Shown here: one piece after another, positions 63,611-64,000 of the stretch
How positions within the stretch are numbered: the first letter of the stretch is position 1
Layout of the letters: every line of letters starts with the position of its first letter
Assembly (NCBI GenBank): GCA_964603585.1
Contig: CAZRVK010000001.1
Span: 133,327 to 197,326, forward strand
DNA: 64,000 nucleotides
Direction: 5' to 3'
Origin: an uncultured Planctomycetales bacterium
Lineage (GTDB): Bacteria; Omnitrophota; Gorgyraeia; Gygaellales; Profunditerraquicolaceae
Notes under the pieces: generated by a model
Seen by the model: the letters and a program-made list of their open reading frames with translations, nothing else
What the model was told of the DNA's origin: nothing
Databases searched by the model: none
Program-made: the position numbers and the translations under genes

Positions 63611-64000
63611 TCAAAAAAGGCTTTTTAGTAATGATTTTATAAGGCGAAAACCCAGGCTAAACAGGTAAAACCATTGCCCGGGTTTAAGATACCATTTCGG
63701 AGGCAGATAAAACCACCCTGCAGGGCCGATCCTCTTAGAAAGAAGCTTAAAGATCCGCGCAGGCCTCAAGGAAAATAAAAGATTGGCTTTTACGATATCC
63801 TTCTTTAATACAGCCTCATCACATGTAAGCGGCACATAAGGCAGGCGTTCAGCGCTTCTGCCGGCTCCCGCCAGCATTGCACAGGCATTTAAGTTAGACC
63901 AATCCTTGTCGATAAAAAGCCTGTTCTCGATTCGCGCGATCTCATAAAGCTTCGTCCCCGGATAAGGGGTAGCGCTATTGAACCTGGCATAATCCAATGA
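63611..64000 (-). CDS. C-terminal part of a B12-binding-domain radical SAM protein; the gene continues beyond the window
   Basis: FNSATPYPGTKLYE is the conserved C-terminal motif of B12-binding radical SAM enzymes. The ORF is open to the window edge. Confidence 0.55.
   Translation of the reverse strand, partial: SLDYARFNSATPYPGTKLYEIARIENRLFIDKDWSNLNACAMLAGAGRSAERLPYVPLTCDEAVLKKDIVKANLLFSLRPARIFKLLSKRIGPAGWFYLPPKWYLKPGQWFYLFSLGFRLIKSLLKSLF

Overview
This 64 kb window is a compact, low-to-moderate GC bacterial chromosomal segment. Every gene I can support lies on the minus strand. All plus-strand ORFs in the supplied track are antisense overlaps of clearly conserved minus-strand genes, and I treat them as spurious. 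Read in the direction of transcription (high to low coordinates) the window holds six blocks. (1) The 3' end of a B12-binding radical SAM gene, a zinc-ribbon SAM methyltransferase, a DUF2079-like membrane protein and uvrA. (2) A large TPR protein, exbB-exbD-tonB, three small genes and a PilX-like minor pilin. (3) A complete type IV pilus / T2SS-like operon (HTH, pilMN fusion, pilO, pilP, secretin, ATPase, platform protein, four pilins) followed by heptamer repeats, a long hairpin and tRNA-Ala. (4) An AmmeMemoRadiSam operon (radical SAM enzyme, Memo-AMMECR1 fusion, DsbD_2/UreH-like membrane protein) followed by rsmE and a MiaB-family methylthiotransferase. (5) A near gapless run: recA-htrA-recX-alaS-hisDBHA-lipoprotein-hisFI-trpE-exbBD-rpsP-yajC-secDF-mfd(short)-surA-pdxA-ksgA. 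(6) The classical tRNA-Thr/rpmG/tRNA-Trp/secE/nusG/rplKAJL/rpoBC/rpsLG/fusA/tuf super-cluster. Most of the window is core housekeeping. The accessory-looking parts are the AmmeMemoRadiSam locus with export signals, the pilus locus and its regulators, two independent heptanucleotide tandem-repeat arrays, and a GC-rich structured element upstream of recA that I could not assign.
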